Positions 13,530 through 27,527 of a DNA stretch of 64,000 nucleotides are shown one piece after another. Positions within the stretch are counted from its first letter, which is position 1. Every line of letters starts with the position of its first letter. The position numbers were made by a program, and so were the translations under genes. The notes beneath the pieces are model-generated. The model was not told the DNA's origin. It ran no database searches and worked only from the letters and a program-made list of their open reading frames with translations. The stretch lies in assembly GCF_009914755.1 (NCBI RefSeq), contig NC_060930.1; one strand, 5' to 3'. The stretch comes from the human T2T-CHM13v2.0 reference genome, Homo sapiens.

Positions 13530-15410
13530 TGTATATAAATATATAAAGAAGGTACTTCAAACACAAATATTATAATCAGCACAGCAGCATCAAGCAAAAC
13601 AATTCATCTGCCCTGCTGTTACATGCATAGCTTCCAGGAATAGCATTTCCAAGAATCTGTTGCTCTGCTTCGGGGTTCAGAAAGAAGCCTGGATAAAAGA
13701 TGTATGAGAAATTCCCCATGATTGGCTTTTGTATCTATGGCGTCAATTCTTCCCTTTCCTGTCATACTTTAGGCATGCACCCATAAATTGTTGCTGTGTG
13801 CCACCTCTTTTTTTTACCAATCCCTTCCCTGCAGATTCTATCCTTGGACTTCAGCTTCAGTTTGACTTGACTTTATACTCTGTGGTTCTGCAATCCACCC
13901 CCAAAGCATCAGAAATAGCTGTAAAATAGCTAGTATGTAGCACTCTAAAGATGCAGCATTATTAAATAGCTAGTTGACTTTTGCTAACATCATCATTTTA
14001 TGTGTCTAAAATTAGATCACTTTATTTTTTACGTATTGCTGATGAGTCCTAAGAACAGTTGTCCCAATGGTTTCATAGTCTAAAATTTGTTACTGAGGAG
14101 CACATGAGAAATTATTTTTTCATTTATGAAATGGAATGAAAATTGAGCATATTGGAACAGAATGTTCATTTACATTTTAAGTCAGCAGAATAGGAATAAT
14201 CAAATGAATGACTAATACTAATAGAATAATACGTAATACTGATATTTAATAATTAAATAAAAGAGTTAAAGAGTTAAAGAGTTTTCCTGCTTATAGTTGT
14301 AGACATTGAAGAATTTGTTTAAGAGCATGATAAAATTAAAATAAACCCTTTTTAAAAAATTGTCCCTGGAGTAAAGTTCTGCATTACACTAATGAGGTAC
14401 TGTTGGAGATTTTATATTCTTAAGTTACATTCATTGATTTTTACTTTTGACGCAAGACTAAATTTTACCCTGGAGCTCAGTATTATTTTCTGCCATGTGT
14501 TAATTTCTTGCATGAATGCCTTATTTACCTTCATTTAGACTATGCTGCAGGTGGAATGCGAGCAGTACTTATTGCTGATATTTTTGTTGGCCAAAGCTGA
14601 AGGACATCTCAGGGTCTTGAATAGCTCTAGGGTTTCATGACTATGAAGGCGATTTCAAGGTTTGACTTGTCATCGTGGAAGACTGGCTTCTTAAACATAA
14701 TCCTATGAGCCATGATTTAAATTAACAAACCTTATCAATAGCTTCACAACAGTTGGCATCTGTTTTAAAGGACTCACTTTTTATTTAAGATTGCATTGTA
14801 ACCACAACTCAGTTCATCCTGTAGGAGTGCTCATTGATACAATAATTGAGTCAAGTACTCTTACTAAACGATTATTAGGTTTTAGCTGCTGTGTTATAAG
14901 CTATATTTTCTCTCTTAAAGCAGTCAGTTTATAGCATATTATTCAATCCCATGTGCATTACAAAACTTATGGCCATAAAATTTACAGTGTGGTTTGTTTT
15001 AATTCAAATGCATTTACGTTGATAGTTTTAATAATTACACGTTTCTATCAAGAGTAGTTGGAAAGGAATACAGTTGATAAACTATTATAATAGTTAACAG
15101 CCACTGGGCTTATAAAAGAACCTATGGTTATCTCTGAGCTATAATTGGTAAGTGTGTACAATACAACCAGATTTTTCTAAGGTGCTTATCACCTATTAAA
15201 TATGCCTATTATTCTTTCCTCAAATACTTGAATATTGGGACAGATATATACAGCTTGTTTTCACCCTAAATAGTAAGTTACTGTTTCAAAACATTTTCTT
15301 GTGACTTGTGTTATTATCTGACTCCTTTAGGAAAACTGTCATTGCAAAGATATGATAAAATCATCTTTAAGAATCCTAGTATTCTCCTGGAGGTGATTCT
15401 TTGTCCCCTT

Positions 15411-15590
15411 GTGGAAAGGGGACAGTGCTTTGGCATAGGCAATCTTGGATTCAGCTCCTGACTATGCTTCTTAAAAGCAGCCTCAGTCAGTCTTCCAGTT
15501 TTTAAAATAGAAATAAGTACCCATGTCAATGGGTTGTTGGAAAGATTTTAGGAGATAACATATGAAGTATCTGACTCATAGTCATTGCAC
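15411..15590 (+). mobile_element. MIR SINE
   Basis: tcttggattcagctcctgact...gcctcagt...taaaatagaaataagtacc...gggttgttggaaagattt core. Confidence 0.65.
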
Positions 15591-18500
15591 TGTACTGCTA
15601 GTCTTTTTCTATGAAAAGTCACCTTGAGCTTAATAGTTATCACCACTTCATTGAAAATAGACTTTAATGTATACTCAACCTCCTTGGGTATTCCATTGTT
15701 CTAGGTATTCAGCTGAACTACTGGAAGAGCAAATTTGGAGATATTTTATAAGGGTCAGAACACTTTAGTTTAATAATACCATTTTAATTTGCCAAATGGT
15801 TAGTGATATTGTAATAATGTTAAAAACCAAGCAAACACAAGCACTTTGTTCACAGAGTTGTGTTATTGGTCCTCACTGAATTTAAGTATTTACCAATCAT
15901 ATATCCTTGAGTGAAATTTTAGATAAATATTATTTGCAGGCATTAATTGATTCCAAAGGGAGTCTTTGATGTTCTCTCTATAGTCCTAGGGAATAACTCT
16001 GGTTTCTTTAAAAGATTGCTGGACCTAAAGGAAGGAAAAAAGACATGTCAGTCCTTTGTTCTTCTTCAATACTTATACCTTCCCCTGGTTTTTCACTTCT
16101 GGAGTGCCTTTCTTAGTTTCTGATGCAAGCAGCAAAACTAGATAGCCTTGTCATCAGCCTTCATTCCAGTTCTGCCATCCCAACCTGGTAGGAATTAGGA
16201 TAAAAATCACTTCTTCAAATGGCAGATCCTGTGGCTTAGACTATGAAGATTATGAGATTCCCACTTTAACCCCTAATCAGACTTCAGACCTAGTCTCACT
16301 TTCTCAAAGGAAACCCTAACCCAGCTTTCCCCTTGACTCCCCACCTTTGTCTTTTAGTACCCTATCCCCACCTCATGTGTAGCCTTCTATTTTGGTCCCA
16401 CATTCCTCAACTAGTTCAGGAAGTTTCATGGAATCATGTGCTCGTGTTTGGAAATCCTTACTGACAAGCCCTCCTTGGGCTAAATATCATCCAGATAATT
16501 GTAGCCTTATTCCACATCCTGTGTTTACTGATGCCTAAAAAAAGAAACATAATCTCTTCTTGGTGACAAACACTTTGATAAGGAAAAATATAAAACTTGA
16601 GAAAAAACTTGAGAAACTTTAGAAATATATCTCTTGTTTAATTAGAGAGTTTACTTTGGGATCAAGAAAAAGGATGCAGCAATGACTTGGACTTTTTTTT
16701 TATTCAGTAGCAACTTCCAAGCATTATTTCCCATTCTTTTGAAAACTCTTTCACTGAACTTCTTAGGTTAAGGTCATAGCTCTCGATATGGATAGCATTT
16801 CACCTTACCCTGTGGGGGATTGATATCTTATCTAAGGGATAAGAGCAGTATTGAATGTGTTTTAGAAACCATCACGTTACCCACCCCCAACACACATGCA
16901 CACACAGACATATGTAGATTTTATGTATGGAAACTTGCAGATATAGGAATATTTTATATATTTGCACAAAGTTATAAAGTCAGGGAAAAATAGAGGTAGT
17001 TCATAAATTGAAGCTATTATTAATGCTGAAGATGATAAGGCACTCACATTGAACTCTAATATTTTCTTCCCTACTTATTAATAATGGTGTTTATGACAGT
17101 ATTTTAAACCTAGCACAGGGTGCATCTTTTTCATCAATGTCTTCAAGTTCCTGTTTCTGGGTTTACCAAAGCCTCTAACTGGTCAAGATTAGTCCAGCTA
17201 CTTCCAATGTTGAGGCTCTGGTGCATTAGAAAATGAAGAAATGTCTAATATTCTTATGAAGGATGTGGTATATTAAGAATTTTAATATGAACACTGCTTT
17301 CAATTTGTCATGTCAGTGTGTCTGTGACTGTGTGGTAAAATTCAGATAGAGACAACATTAAAATTTAAATCTAAGGGCCTTTAAGAAGGTGAGATCCAGG
17401 CTGCATTGCCCTCTAAAGTTCCTCAAAATTAGGCCTGGCACCTTCTTCCTCAATGACTGAGTGACTATGAACATGTACTCTGTGGTCCCAGCAGGTGTTT
17501 CTTAAATCTGGCAGTAATGCTGAAGTCAGCTTGGCAGCTTCACCAGGACCACTGTCACTTGGCATGTCCTGCTTTAATGTGTGAAGCTGACTTACTCCCT
17601 TCTCCTTTTTGTGTTTTAGCAAGCAGAACTTCATGACTTGTGTTGCCATGAGTTACCCTTGGAAGTGTACCATTTCTACATAACAATTGGATTTCTGAGA
17701 AATTCGTCAATTGTGTCAAATTGCAACTTTCAATCAGATATAATTCAAGTGAGATTAAACTATATTTAGAACGTTTAACCCTGATTCCTGTTGGGTAAGA
17801 CATAAAGAAATCCACTATGGATGACTGAGCCTTCAGCACAATTTCACCCTTAAATTATTAGACTGTAATTTGTGGTAACATCTGTTTCTGACACTGTATC
17901 ATTTCCTTAAACTTAACGTTTTCCTTATGTCAATATCAAGTTCATTCCATTTTTATTATGGCATTGGAGAATAATGTATAATTAGTAACAGTTATTTGAA
18001 AATCTGTAACCACCTGTATAGTCTTATTTGCATAATAAAAAGGGAGGGTTATCAGCTGCACAACAATGCTGCTCTAGTCTGCTAGGTTAATGAGGAATTC
18101 AGTTGGTGAGCAGAGTGAAGTATTTATCTTAAAATTAAAAAGAGCCTTACATTTAAGTAAATGATTTTCAGAATGAACGTCTTCAATTTAGGTGGCACAC
18201 ATCATTAATTTCTCTGAAATTGTTTTGTACATTTGTTTCTTAAATGTTGACTATATAAAATGCCATTAAATATATTTATTTGAAGTAATATGCTCTAGTA
18301 GGCATGATGAGGTAAATGTGATTTAACTGAAATTTATACTTGGATTTTTAAATCTAATTTTACATGGAGCTTCAAAATTCTCACTGTGTTAATGAAATTA
18401 TCACCATGGAAATTTTACAACATGTTTCCCTTAAGGAATTTGAAGTCTTTTCACCATTTTCAGATGATTTGCTTTTTAAAAAAATCAGCTGTCAGATTAT

Positions 18501-19541
18501 GTTGGATGATTATATCATTGATTGTATTACACAAAAGAAAACTGGAATTGAGGAGGCAAACCTGCTGATTTGCTGCTACCTCTACAGAACAAGATCTGAT
18601 ATTGTAATACTGTGATAGAGTAAAACCTATAAATTCTGTAAGCCTAATTGTTTAGATTTCTAGGGTTGATTTTCCTTCTTTCCCCCTGCCTTTTTATTTT
18701 GGAAATTGTAAAAGTTTAAGACAGCTGCACCACTGCCCTGGGCATCCAAAAGAGAGTTCTCTGCCACATGGGGGCCTGTGGTGACAGTGGAGCATCACCC
18801 CATGAACAGACATCAGGCAGAGGCATCAATCAAAGCCATTGATTGGCAGTCCCTCCCTACTGGGAAACGATCATTCAAGGACAAACCTTGGAGGTTCTAA
18901 TTGTTGTTATACCCAGGAAGGAAGACCTTTCCTGCTGGAGTCTTTATTGAGCTCTTGTATGTCTGACTTCTCCAAGCTTGGCTTCCTACATTCAGGAACA
19001 GGATGGGAGTCGTACTGTGGCGGTCACCTTTCTTCTGTGGGAACCACAGTGCCTTTAGGGATTAGTGATACAATTGATGTGAAAAAAGATAAATGGCTGC
19101 ATAATGCAGTTATTCTAGCCCTTTGTCTTCAGATCAGGTCTGTGTTCTGGGAAGCTTGTTATCACTAATAGATATCAAAGTTTACACAATACTTGGACTT
19201 TTTCTAGATCTGACTATGAACTCATACAGCTTAACCTGAACATATGTTTCCTTGTTTTTCCACAAAAAGCCAGGCTATGTGAAAAGAAGTTAAGGAGAGA
19301 GAAAATGCCATTTCAAATATTATATTTGTGTAAAATTAACTTGTATTCTTTCATCTCAAAGCCTCTATGTTGTTTCTTTTTCTTCCCTTCACTCCCCTAT
19401 ACTGTATACCACCAGAATATATCCTGTGTTGCAGAAAGCTTTGATCCAAAGTCCTGTTAGGGCCTTAAAAGCATGTGTCTGAACTGCCTACTTTTTTTAA
19501 GCCATAGCCAGAGAACCACAGACATGGGCTTTAAAGGCTTT

Positions 19542-20527
19542 GTGTTTTAAAGTTTTTTTATTGATACAAATATTTGTACCTATTTATGGGGTACAGGTGA
19601 TATTTTGTTGCATGCATAGACTGTGCAGTGATTAAGTCATGATATTTTGGGTACCTATCATCTCGAGCATTTATCATTTCTATATGCTGGGAACATTTCA
19701 AGTCCTCTGTTACAGCTTTTTTGAAATATACAATAGATTGTTGTTAACTATAGTCACCCTACTCTGCTATCAAACATTAAAACCTATTCCTTCTGTCTAA
19801 CTGTGTATGTGTACCCATTAACCAAATTCTCTATAATTCTCACAAGCTCTCACCATCTACACACCCTTTTCAGCCTCTGGTATCTCTTATTGTCTACCTC
19901 CATGAAATCAACTTTTTTTAGATTCCATATATGAGTGAGAACATATGGTATTTGTCTTTCTATGCCTGGCTTATTTCACTTAACATAATATTTTCCAGTT
20001 TTGTCCATATTTCTGCAAAGGACAACATGATTTCATTCTTTTCTTATGGCTGAATAGTGTTTCATTATGTATATGTAGCACATTTTCTTTATCCATTTGT
20101 CTATTGATGGACACTTAGGTTGCTTTTATATATTTGCTATTGTGAACAGTGCTGCAATAAACATGGGAGTGCAGGTATCCATTTGATAAACTGATTTCTT
20201 TTCCATTGGATAAAAATGAAGTAGTGGGATAGCTGAATCATATGGTAGTTCTATTTTTAGCTTTTTGAGAAATTTCCATACTCTTTTCCATAATTGCTGT
20301 ACTAATTTACATTTCCACCAATGGAAATTAGTGGATTTCTCAGCATCCTCTCCAGCATCTCTTATTTTGCTGTCTTTTTAATAAAATAATTTTAACTAGA
20401 GTAAGATGATATCTCATTGTGGTTTTGATTTGCATTTCCCTGATGATTAGTGATGTTGAACATTTTTTCATATACCTGTTGGCTGTCATCTGAGAAATCT
20501 CTATACAAATCGTTTCCCCATCTTAAA

Positions 20528-20572
<45 letters not shown>

Positions 20573-23500
20573 AGTTCCTTGTGTATTCTGGATATTAGTC
20601 TTTTGTTGGAAGAGTAGTTTACAGATATTTTCTCCCATTGAGCAGATTTTCTCTTTCTCTGTTGATTGTTTGCTCTGCTGTGCAGAAGCTTTTTAGTTTA
20701 ATATAGTCCTCTTTGACTATTTTTGCTTCTGTTGCCTGTGCTTTTCAGGTCTTAGCGATAAAATGTTTGCCTAGTACAATGTCCTGAAGTGTTTCCCTTA
20801 TGTTTTATTTTAGTAGTTGTATTGTTTTAGGTCTCACATTTAAGTCTTTAATTCATCTTGAGTTGGTTTTCGGATATAGCAAGAGAAAGGAGTCCAGTTT
20901 GTTCTTCTGCATGTGGATATCCAATTTTCTCAGCACCATTTATTGAAGAGGGTATCCTTTCCACAATGTATGTTCTTGATGCCTTTATCAAAAATCAGTT
21001 GGCTATAAACACATTGATTTATTTCTGTATTTTCCATTCTGTTCCATTGGTCTATATGCCTGTTTTTATACAAATACCATCCTGTTTTGGTTACTATAGC
21101 TTTGCAATATATTTTCAAAAAGAATAAAGATGCAGGCATCATACTACCTGACTTGAGTAAGGTAGTAGTGGGAGGCCTCCAGCTTTGTTCTTTTTGCTCA
21201 GGATTTCTTTGGCTATGCAGGGTCTTTTTGGTTTCATATGAATAGTAGTAGTATTTTTTCTATGTCTGTGAAAAACGGCATTGGTAATTTAATAGAGATT
21301 TCATTGAATCTGTAGATTGCTTTGGGCAGGATGGTCATTTTAACAATTTTAATCCTTCTGATCCGTGAGCATAGTATGGCTTTCCATTTGTTCCTGTCCT
21401 CTTCAGTAACTTTCATGAGTATCTTATAGTTTTCCTTATAGAGGTCTTTCACCCACTTTGTTGAATTTATTCCTACGTATTTGGTTCATTTTGTAACTAT
21501 TGTAAATGAGATTGCCTTCTTGATTTTTTCTCAGCTAGTTCATTATTGATGTATAAAAATGCTACTGATTTTTATATGTTTATTTTGTATCCTGCAACTT
21601 TACTGACTTATTTATCGGTTTAAGATTTTTTTGGTGAAATCTTTAGGCTTTTCCAGATACAAGTTTATATCATCTGCAAGGAAGGACAAATTGACTTATT
21701 CTTCTTCAATTTTGATGCTTTTTCTTTCTTTCTCTTGCTTGACTGCTCCAGCCAGAACTTTCAGTACTGTATTGAATAAGAGTGGTGAAAGTGGGCATGC
21801 TTATTTTGTTCCAGATGTTAGAGGAAAGACTTTCAGCTTTTCCACATTCAATATGTTAGCTGTGGGTTGTCATATGTAGTCTTCACTAAGTTGAGGTATG
21901 TTCTTTCATTGCCTAGTTTGTAGAGAGTTTTTATCATGAAGGGATATTGAATTTTATCAAATTTTTTTGCATCTATTGAGATATTTGTGGTTTTGTTCCT
22001 CATCCTGTTGATGTGATGCATCATGTTGATTGATTTTCATATGTAGAACCATCCTTGCATCACTGGGATAAATCCCACTTGATCATGGTGTATTATCGTT
22101 TTAATGTGCTGTTGGATGTGGTTTGCTTGTATTTTGTTGAGAATTTTTGCATCTATGTTCAGCAGGGATATTGACCTGTAGTTTTAATTTGTGTGTGTGT
22201 GCGTGTGTGTGTGCTTTTCTCGTTTTGATATCACAGTAAAACTGGCCTCTTCAAATGACTTAGAGAGAATTTCCTCCTTTCCAATTTTTTAAAACAGTTT
22301 GAGAATTGGTGCTAGTTCTTCTTTGAAAGTTTGGTAGAATTTGGCATTGAAGCAATCTGGTCTTAGACTTTTATTTGTGGGAAGTTTATTTTTTATTACT
22401 GACAGTCTAATTACTCATTTCTCATTATTGATCTACTCAGGTTTTCTATTTCTTTCTGAAATATAAATTCCTCTGTCAAAGAATTTATCCACTTTCTCTA
22501 GGTTTTCTAGTTTGTCACTGTGTAGTTGTTTATAATAGTCTCTGATGATCTTTTGTATTTGTATGGTATCAGTTGTAATGGCTCCTTTTTCATTTCTGAT
22601 TTTGTTTGAGTCTTCTTTTTTCCTTGGTTCGACTAGCTCCAAGTTTTTCAATTTTGTTTATCTTTTCAAAAAACCAGCTTTTCATTTGATTGTTCCTTTG
22701 TGTTGTTTTTTAGTCCAATTTCATTTAGTTCTGCTCTGATTTTTATTATTCTTTTGCTTCTACTAATTTGGGGTTTGGATTGTTCTGGCTTTTGTAGTTC
22801 CTTGAAGGGTATATTAGATTATTTATTTGGAATCTTTCTACTTTTCTGATGTAAGTGTTTATTGTTATAAATTTTCCTTTTAGCACTGCACTTGTATCTC
22901 ATAGATTTTTGTGTGTTATGCTTTGGTTTTTATTTATGTCAAGAAATTTTTTCATCCAGTGGTCATTTAGGAGCATGTTGTTTAACTTCCATCTATTTAT
23001 ACAATTTCCAATGTTCCTCTTATTGATTTCTAGTTTTATTTTATTGTGTTCTGAGAAGATACTTGTTATGATTTTGATTTTTTAAACATTTGTTAAGAAT
23101 TGTTCTGTGGCTTAACATGATTGATCATGGAGAATGTCTTATGTGCTAATGAGAAAAATGTGTGTTCTGTGGCTGTTGGGTGAAATGTTCTGTAAATGTC
23201 TGTTAGGTTCACTTGGTCTGATGTACAGTTTAAATTCAATATTTCTTTGTTAATTTTCCATGTAAATGATCTATCTAATACTAAGAGTGAAGTGTTGATT
23301 TCTTCAATTATTATTGTATTAGAGTTTCTCTTTCCTTTTACGTCTAGTAATGTTTGCTTTATATATCTAGGTTCTCCAGTGTGGGTGCATAATATTTAGA
23401 ATCATTATATCCTCTTGCTGAATTGATCCCTTTATCACTATATAATGACCCTCTTTTTCGCTTTTTACCATTTTTGACTTAAAGTCTGTTTTATGTAATG

Positions 23501-26500
23501 TAAGTATAGTTACTCCTCTTTGCTTTTGATTTTGGTTGTTCAGTATCTTCTTCCATCCGTTTACTTTCATTCAGTCTATATTTTTTTTAACAGGTGAGAT
23601 GAGTTTTCTTTTTTTGTAGGCAGCATACTACAGTTGGGTCACTTTTTTAGTCTATTCAGCCAATATGTATCTTTTAAGTGGAAAATATAACCTATTAATA
23701 TTTCTTAAGTATAACCTATTAATATTCATTAATATTGTTTTTAATATGTAAGGTTTTATTCCTATACTTTTATTAATTGTTGATTTATGGTTATTTTATG
23801 TTTCTTTCCTTCCTTTTCTTTCTTTCTTTTTTTCCTTCCCATTTTTCTATCTGTACAGTCTGGCGGTTTTCTATAGTGGTAACATTTGAAATTTTTTCTT
23901 CTTTGTTTGTGTGTTTGCTCTACCTTTGGTTTCTATCTTCTTCTGTGTTTTCATGATGGTACATATCATTCTTTTGCTTCTTCATGTAGGACTTCGTTAA
24001 GCATTTCTTGTAGGTACAGTCTAGTGGTGATGAATAATCTTACGTTTTGCTTGTCTGGGATAGACTATATTTCTCCCTCATTTATGATGTATACATTTGC
24101 AGGGCTTAATCCCCTTTGTTAAAAAATTTTTCTTTCAGCACTTTGAATATATCATCTCATTCTCTCCTGGCCTGTAGAATTTCTGCTGAGAAATCCCCTG
24201 TTAGTCTGATTGGGGTTTCTTTATAAATGACTGGATGTGTTTCTTTTTCTGTTATTAGGAATCTCTCTTTTTCTTTGACTTTTGACAGTTTGTCTATAGT
24301 ATGCCACAGAGAAAGTTGCATTGTATATTTTTGGGGATCTCTGAGATTCTTATATGTCTAAGTCTCTTGCTGGATTTGGAAAGTTTACAACGATTTTATT
24401 AAATAGGTTTTCTAACCCTTTCAGTTTTTCTTTGCCTTTGGTGAAACCTCAAATTTGAATATATTGTTGTTTTATGGTGTCACACATGTCACATAGGCTT
24501 TGTTCATTCTTTTTAAAACATTCTTTTTAATTTGTATCTGCCTGGGTTATATCAACAAAAGCCTGTATTCAAGTTCTGAAATTATTTCTTCTGCTTGATT
24601 TAGTCTATTGTTGTTGAAGCTTTTGAATATATTTTTATTCTATTTACTGAATTTTTCAGTTTCATAATTTCTATTTGGTTGTTTCTTATGATATCTCTTT
24701 GGGAAATTTTTAATTCATATCCTGAATTGTTCCTATTTTTTTGTATTGTTCTCTGATATCTCACTGAGCTTTTAAAATATTTCTATTTGAAATTTTTTCC
24801 AGGATTTCATGTATTTCTGTTTGATTAGAAACCGTTGTTGGAGAGTCACTGTATTACTTTGGAGGTAACATATTTCCCTGCTTTTTCCTGTTGCTTGTAT
24901 CCTTACATTGATATCTCCATAGGTGATAACAATTACTTCTTTCAATATTCTGAATTTACTTTTGTAGAAGATGACATTTTGCTGAAGTTATGTCTATGGT
25001 ATTGGTTGGGTAGGGCACTTTGGCTTTGATTCTGGGTGCATGCAGTAGTGTAGTGTTCTTATCATTCCTTTGGTTGTTATCTGCACCAGTCCTGTCTGTG
25101 ACTTCCTCAGTGGCTTAAGGTGTGGTTGTTAGTGGAGGTTGTGGTGAAGTTATGCTGCAGATGGGACACAGGTGGGCCTGTCCTTGGGCTCCAGAAGTAG
25201 CAGCAGGGGGACAAGTCTGCTTCTCCTTAGGCCCCAGGGTGGCGTATGTTGGCACTGGTATTAGTGAATTCAGGCAGGCTGATTTTTGGGCCTCCAGGTG
25301 GCTCGCTCAGATTTCAGTAGTTCAGCCGTGGGCCAGGCAGTTTGGTGGGTTTTCAGGCCCCTGGGCAGTAGGCAAGTGAAGGCAATGGCAGTAATAATGG
25401 TAGAAATAACTTCTGGGTCCCAAGTGGTCCATGGTGGTGTTGTTAGTGGCTGTGATGGGCTGGGTGGACCAGTCCTCGGACCTATAGATGGTTTGTGCAT
25501 ATGTGTGCCCACTGTGGTAGTAGCAGCGGGTTGGGTGGGCCCAACTTCAGGCCCCTGGTTGGAGTACTCAGGAGCCACTGTTGGTAGACTGGGCTGGGTG
25601 GCCCCTAGAACCCCAGTCAGCATGTTTGGACACCTTTGAGTTGGAGCCAGGCCTAGTAGACCTTTTGTCAGGTCCCATGGTGGTGCTTGCAGGCACTGGT
25701 TATGGTAGGCAGGGATGGATGATCCCCAAGCCCAAGGCAGAATGCTCAGGTAGGAGCAGCAGCGACTGCACTACATTCTTGCTACTGAGGAGGGCAGGTT
25801 TGCTTTCAATGGCAGCAGGAGTATACAGGTGGCTAGGGAGTGTGCACTTTGCTTGTGCTTTGGCCCCAACTGTTGTAGCCCACTGCAGCAGCAACTACAG
25901 GTGTGGGAGTTTGCACTTAAAGTGCTTGAATATGCATAACAGCTTTGCTGCCTGGGGCAACTGGGCCTGGCAAAGGTGTCCTATGTGGAAGTGGCCCATG
26001 CTCCAATGACTCACGCTTTAACCTTGGAGGCAGCAGCCAGCTGCAGCAGTTACTGTAGGCAAGGCATGCCAGAGGGTTCCAGATATGTGGAGATGCAAGG
26101 GCTGTTTCGTGTCCTGGGCAGGATGTAGTCTGGTGAGGGCCAGGCTTTTTCAATACGGTGCCTTGCTGTAGCTATTTAGGACTCGGGGTGTGTGTGGGAT
26201 ACAGCGTGAGCTCCCTCTCTGGAGCAGTGCCTTCCTATGGTCTTCAGGCAGATCCCTGTATTTGTTTTGGGGCCATCAGGGCCTAGGGGCTTTCCCATGG
26301 CTAGGATATAGAAGTCCACAGTAGGATGGTGGACTATAGGGGTTCACTCTTGTCCTTTCCCCACATTGGGGAGCTCCCCCCAAATCCCAGACAATCATGA
26401 CTGAAGAGGCTGCTTCACTTTCCTCTCCTTCCTTGTGTTAGGTGTTTTGTGTCACCTCTGCGTAGGATTCCAGTGTTTTCTCTTAGATGATTGTATTTGA

Positions 26501-26585
26501 AGTATGATTACCTACTCACTATTTTGGTTTTTCTTTGTGGAAGGGATGAATACCAGCTGCTGCTAGCCAGCCATCTTGGAGACCC
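19542..26585 (-). mobile_element. Near-full-length L1MA-type (L1MA2/3-like) LINE-1, inactive
   Basis: L1MA 3'UTR at ~19550-20000; ORF2 remnants in the ORF track (20930-21142; 21234-21452 KDLYKENYK...PKAIYRFN; 22433-22651; endonuclease-like 23367-23570 KEGHYIVIKGSIQQED); GC-richer 5'UTR ~24950-26585 ending gccatcttggagaccc; degenerate TSD aaaggcttt (19533) / aaaggattt (26586) with a TT/AAAA endonuclease site on the minus strand. Confidence 0.93.
20533..20565. repeat. Poly-T33 run inside L1
   Basis: 33 consecutive T. Confidence 0.95.
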
Positions 26586-27527
26586 AAAGGATTTTTAAGG
26601 CATAAAGAGTAACTTTATCTACCTCCACCTATTCTCTTACTCTGTCCCTCAGAACCTTGAGATGCTGAGTGAAGGGTCTCCAGATCCTTTCTCTGGCTTG
26701 TTTATTGTTGGGTATCACACTGCCTTCTCCCTTTGCTGACCTTCAGCTCAGGTTTTGAGTCTTTTGGTACCTAGGGGGTCACCTTTCTGACTAGAGAACA
26801 GAGAAAGGAGAGTGTGTTAAGACTTTTCCAGTGAAGGAAGCTGTCAGCAGAGAAGAAATCAGTGATTTAGGGGAAGCCTGATCCAGGACATGTAATTTGC
26901 AGGGTGTACTGAGCTGGGGGTAAAGCACAGAAGGGGAGGAGGGGAGAAGGGGATGGGTAGGTAAAAAGAGAGAAATAGGGATAAAGGAGAGAGATAACTA
27001 GATAGAGGTGATTAAATATACCAATATTTATTCTTCCAGAAACTTTAAGCAAATATTCATTTATTGCATGAGACATCAGTGGTCATAGGATAGAAGAGTA
27101 TATAACTGATTCTCAAGGAGATACAGAAAAACCAAAAAAAAAAAAAAAAGAAAAAGAAAAAAGAAAGAAGAAAAGCCAAAGACTTAGTTTGGCCATGACA
27201 CTATAGAACCAATTGTAGGAATTATTGAGAACTGTTTATCATTAATGGCTGATCATGATGCCACAGACTAATAATTATGAAAATTGTGAATGTACATTAT
27301 TTGATTGTTACAGCACACGGTTAGTATATAGTCACTCTAATCTTTAACTTTCATGTTCAATTGCTTAGAATTTAAATATTTAGGTAACTTTGCATGAGAC
27401 ACTATTCATTCCACAAATTCTTTGTTACTAAAACAATTAGGTACAGAGTACTGAAGAAAATTGCAAAAAATCAAATGTGCAGTTGTGTCACCCCTTAACA
27501 TTTACTGTGGGGCTACATTTAAACATT

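Noticed and set aside
14261-14283. aagagtta x3, and similar 9-12 bp doublets at ~6829 and ~16593
   Set aside because: Ordinary short slippage repeats, expected at this frequency.
18764-18778. CTCF-like gccacatgggggcc
   Set aside because: Mismatch at the core AG position; unsupported without ChIP data.
18839-19168. 109-aa ORF as a possible exon
   Set aside because: TTG start, no recognisable homology and no convincing flanking splice-site pair.
20930-23570. ORFs resembling reverse transcriptase/endonuclease
   Set aside because: Fragmented L1 ORF2 remnants with many stops and frameshifts; not an active element or a host gene.
25122-26153. Cluster of overlapping 64-142 aa ORFs on both strands
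   Set aside because: They lie in the GC-richer L1 5'UTR where stop codons are rarer; no coding signature.
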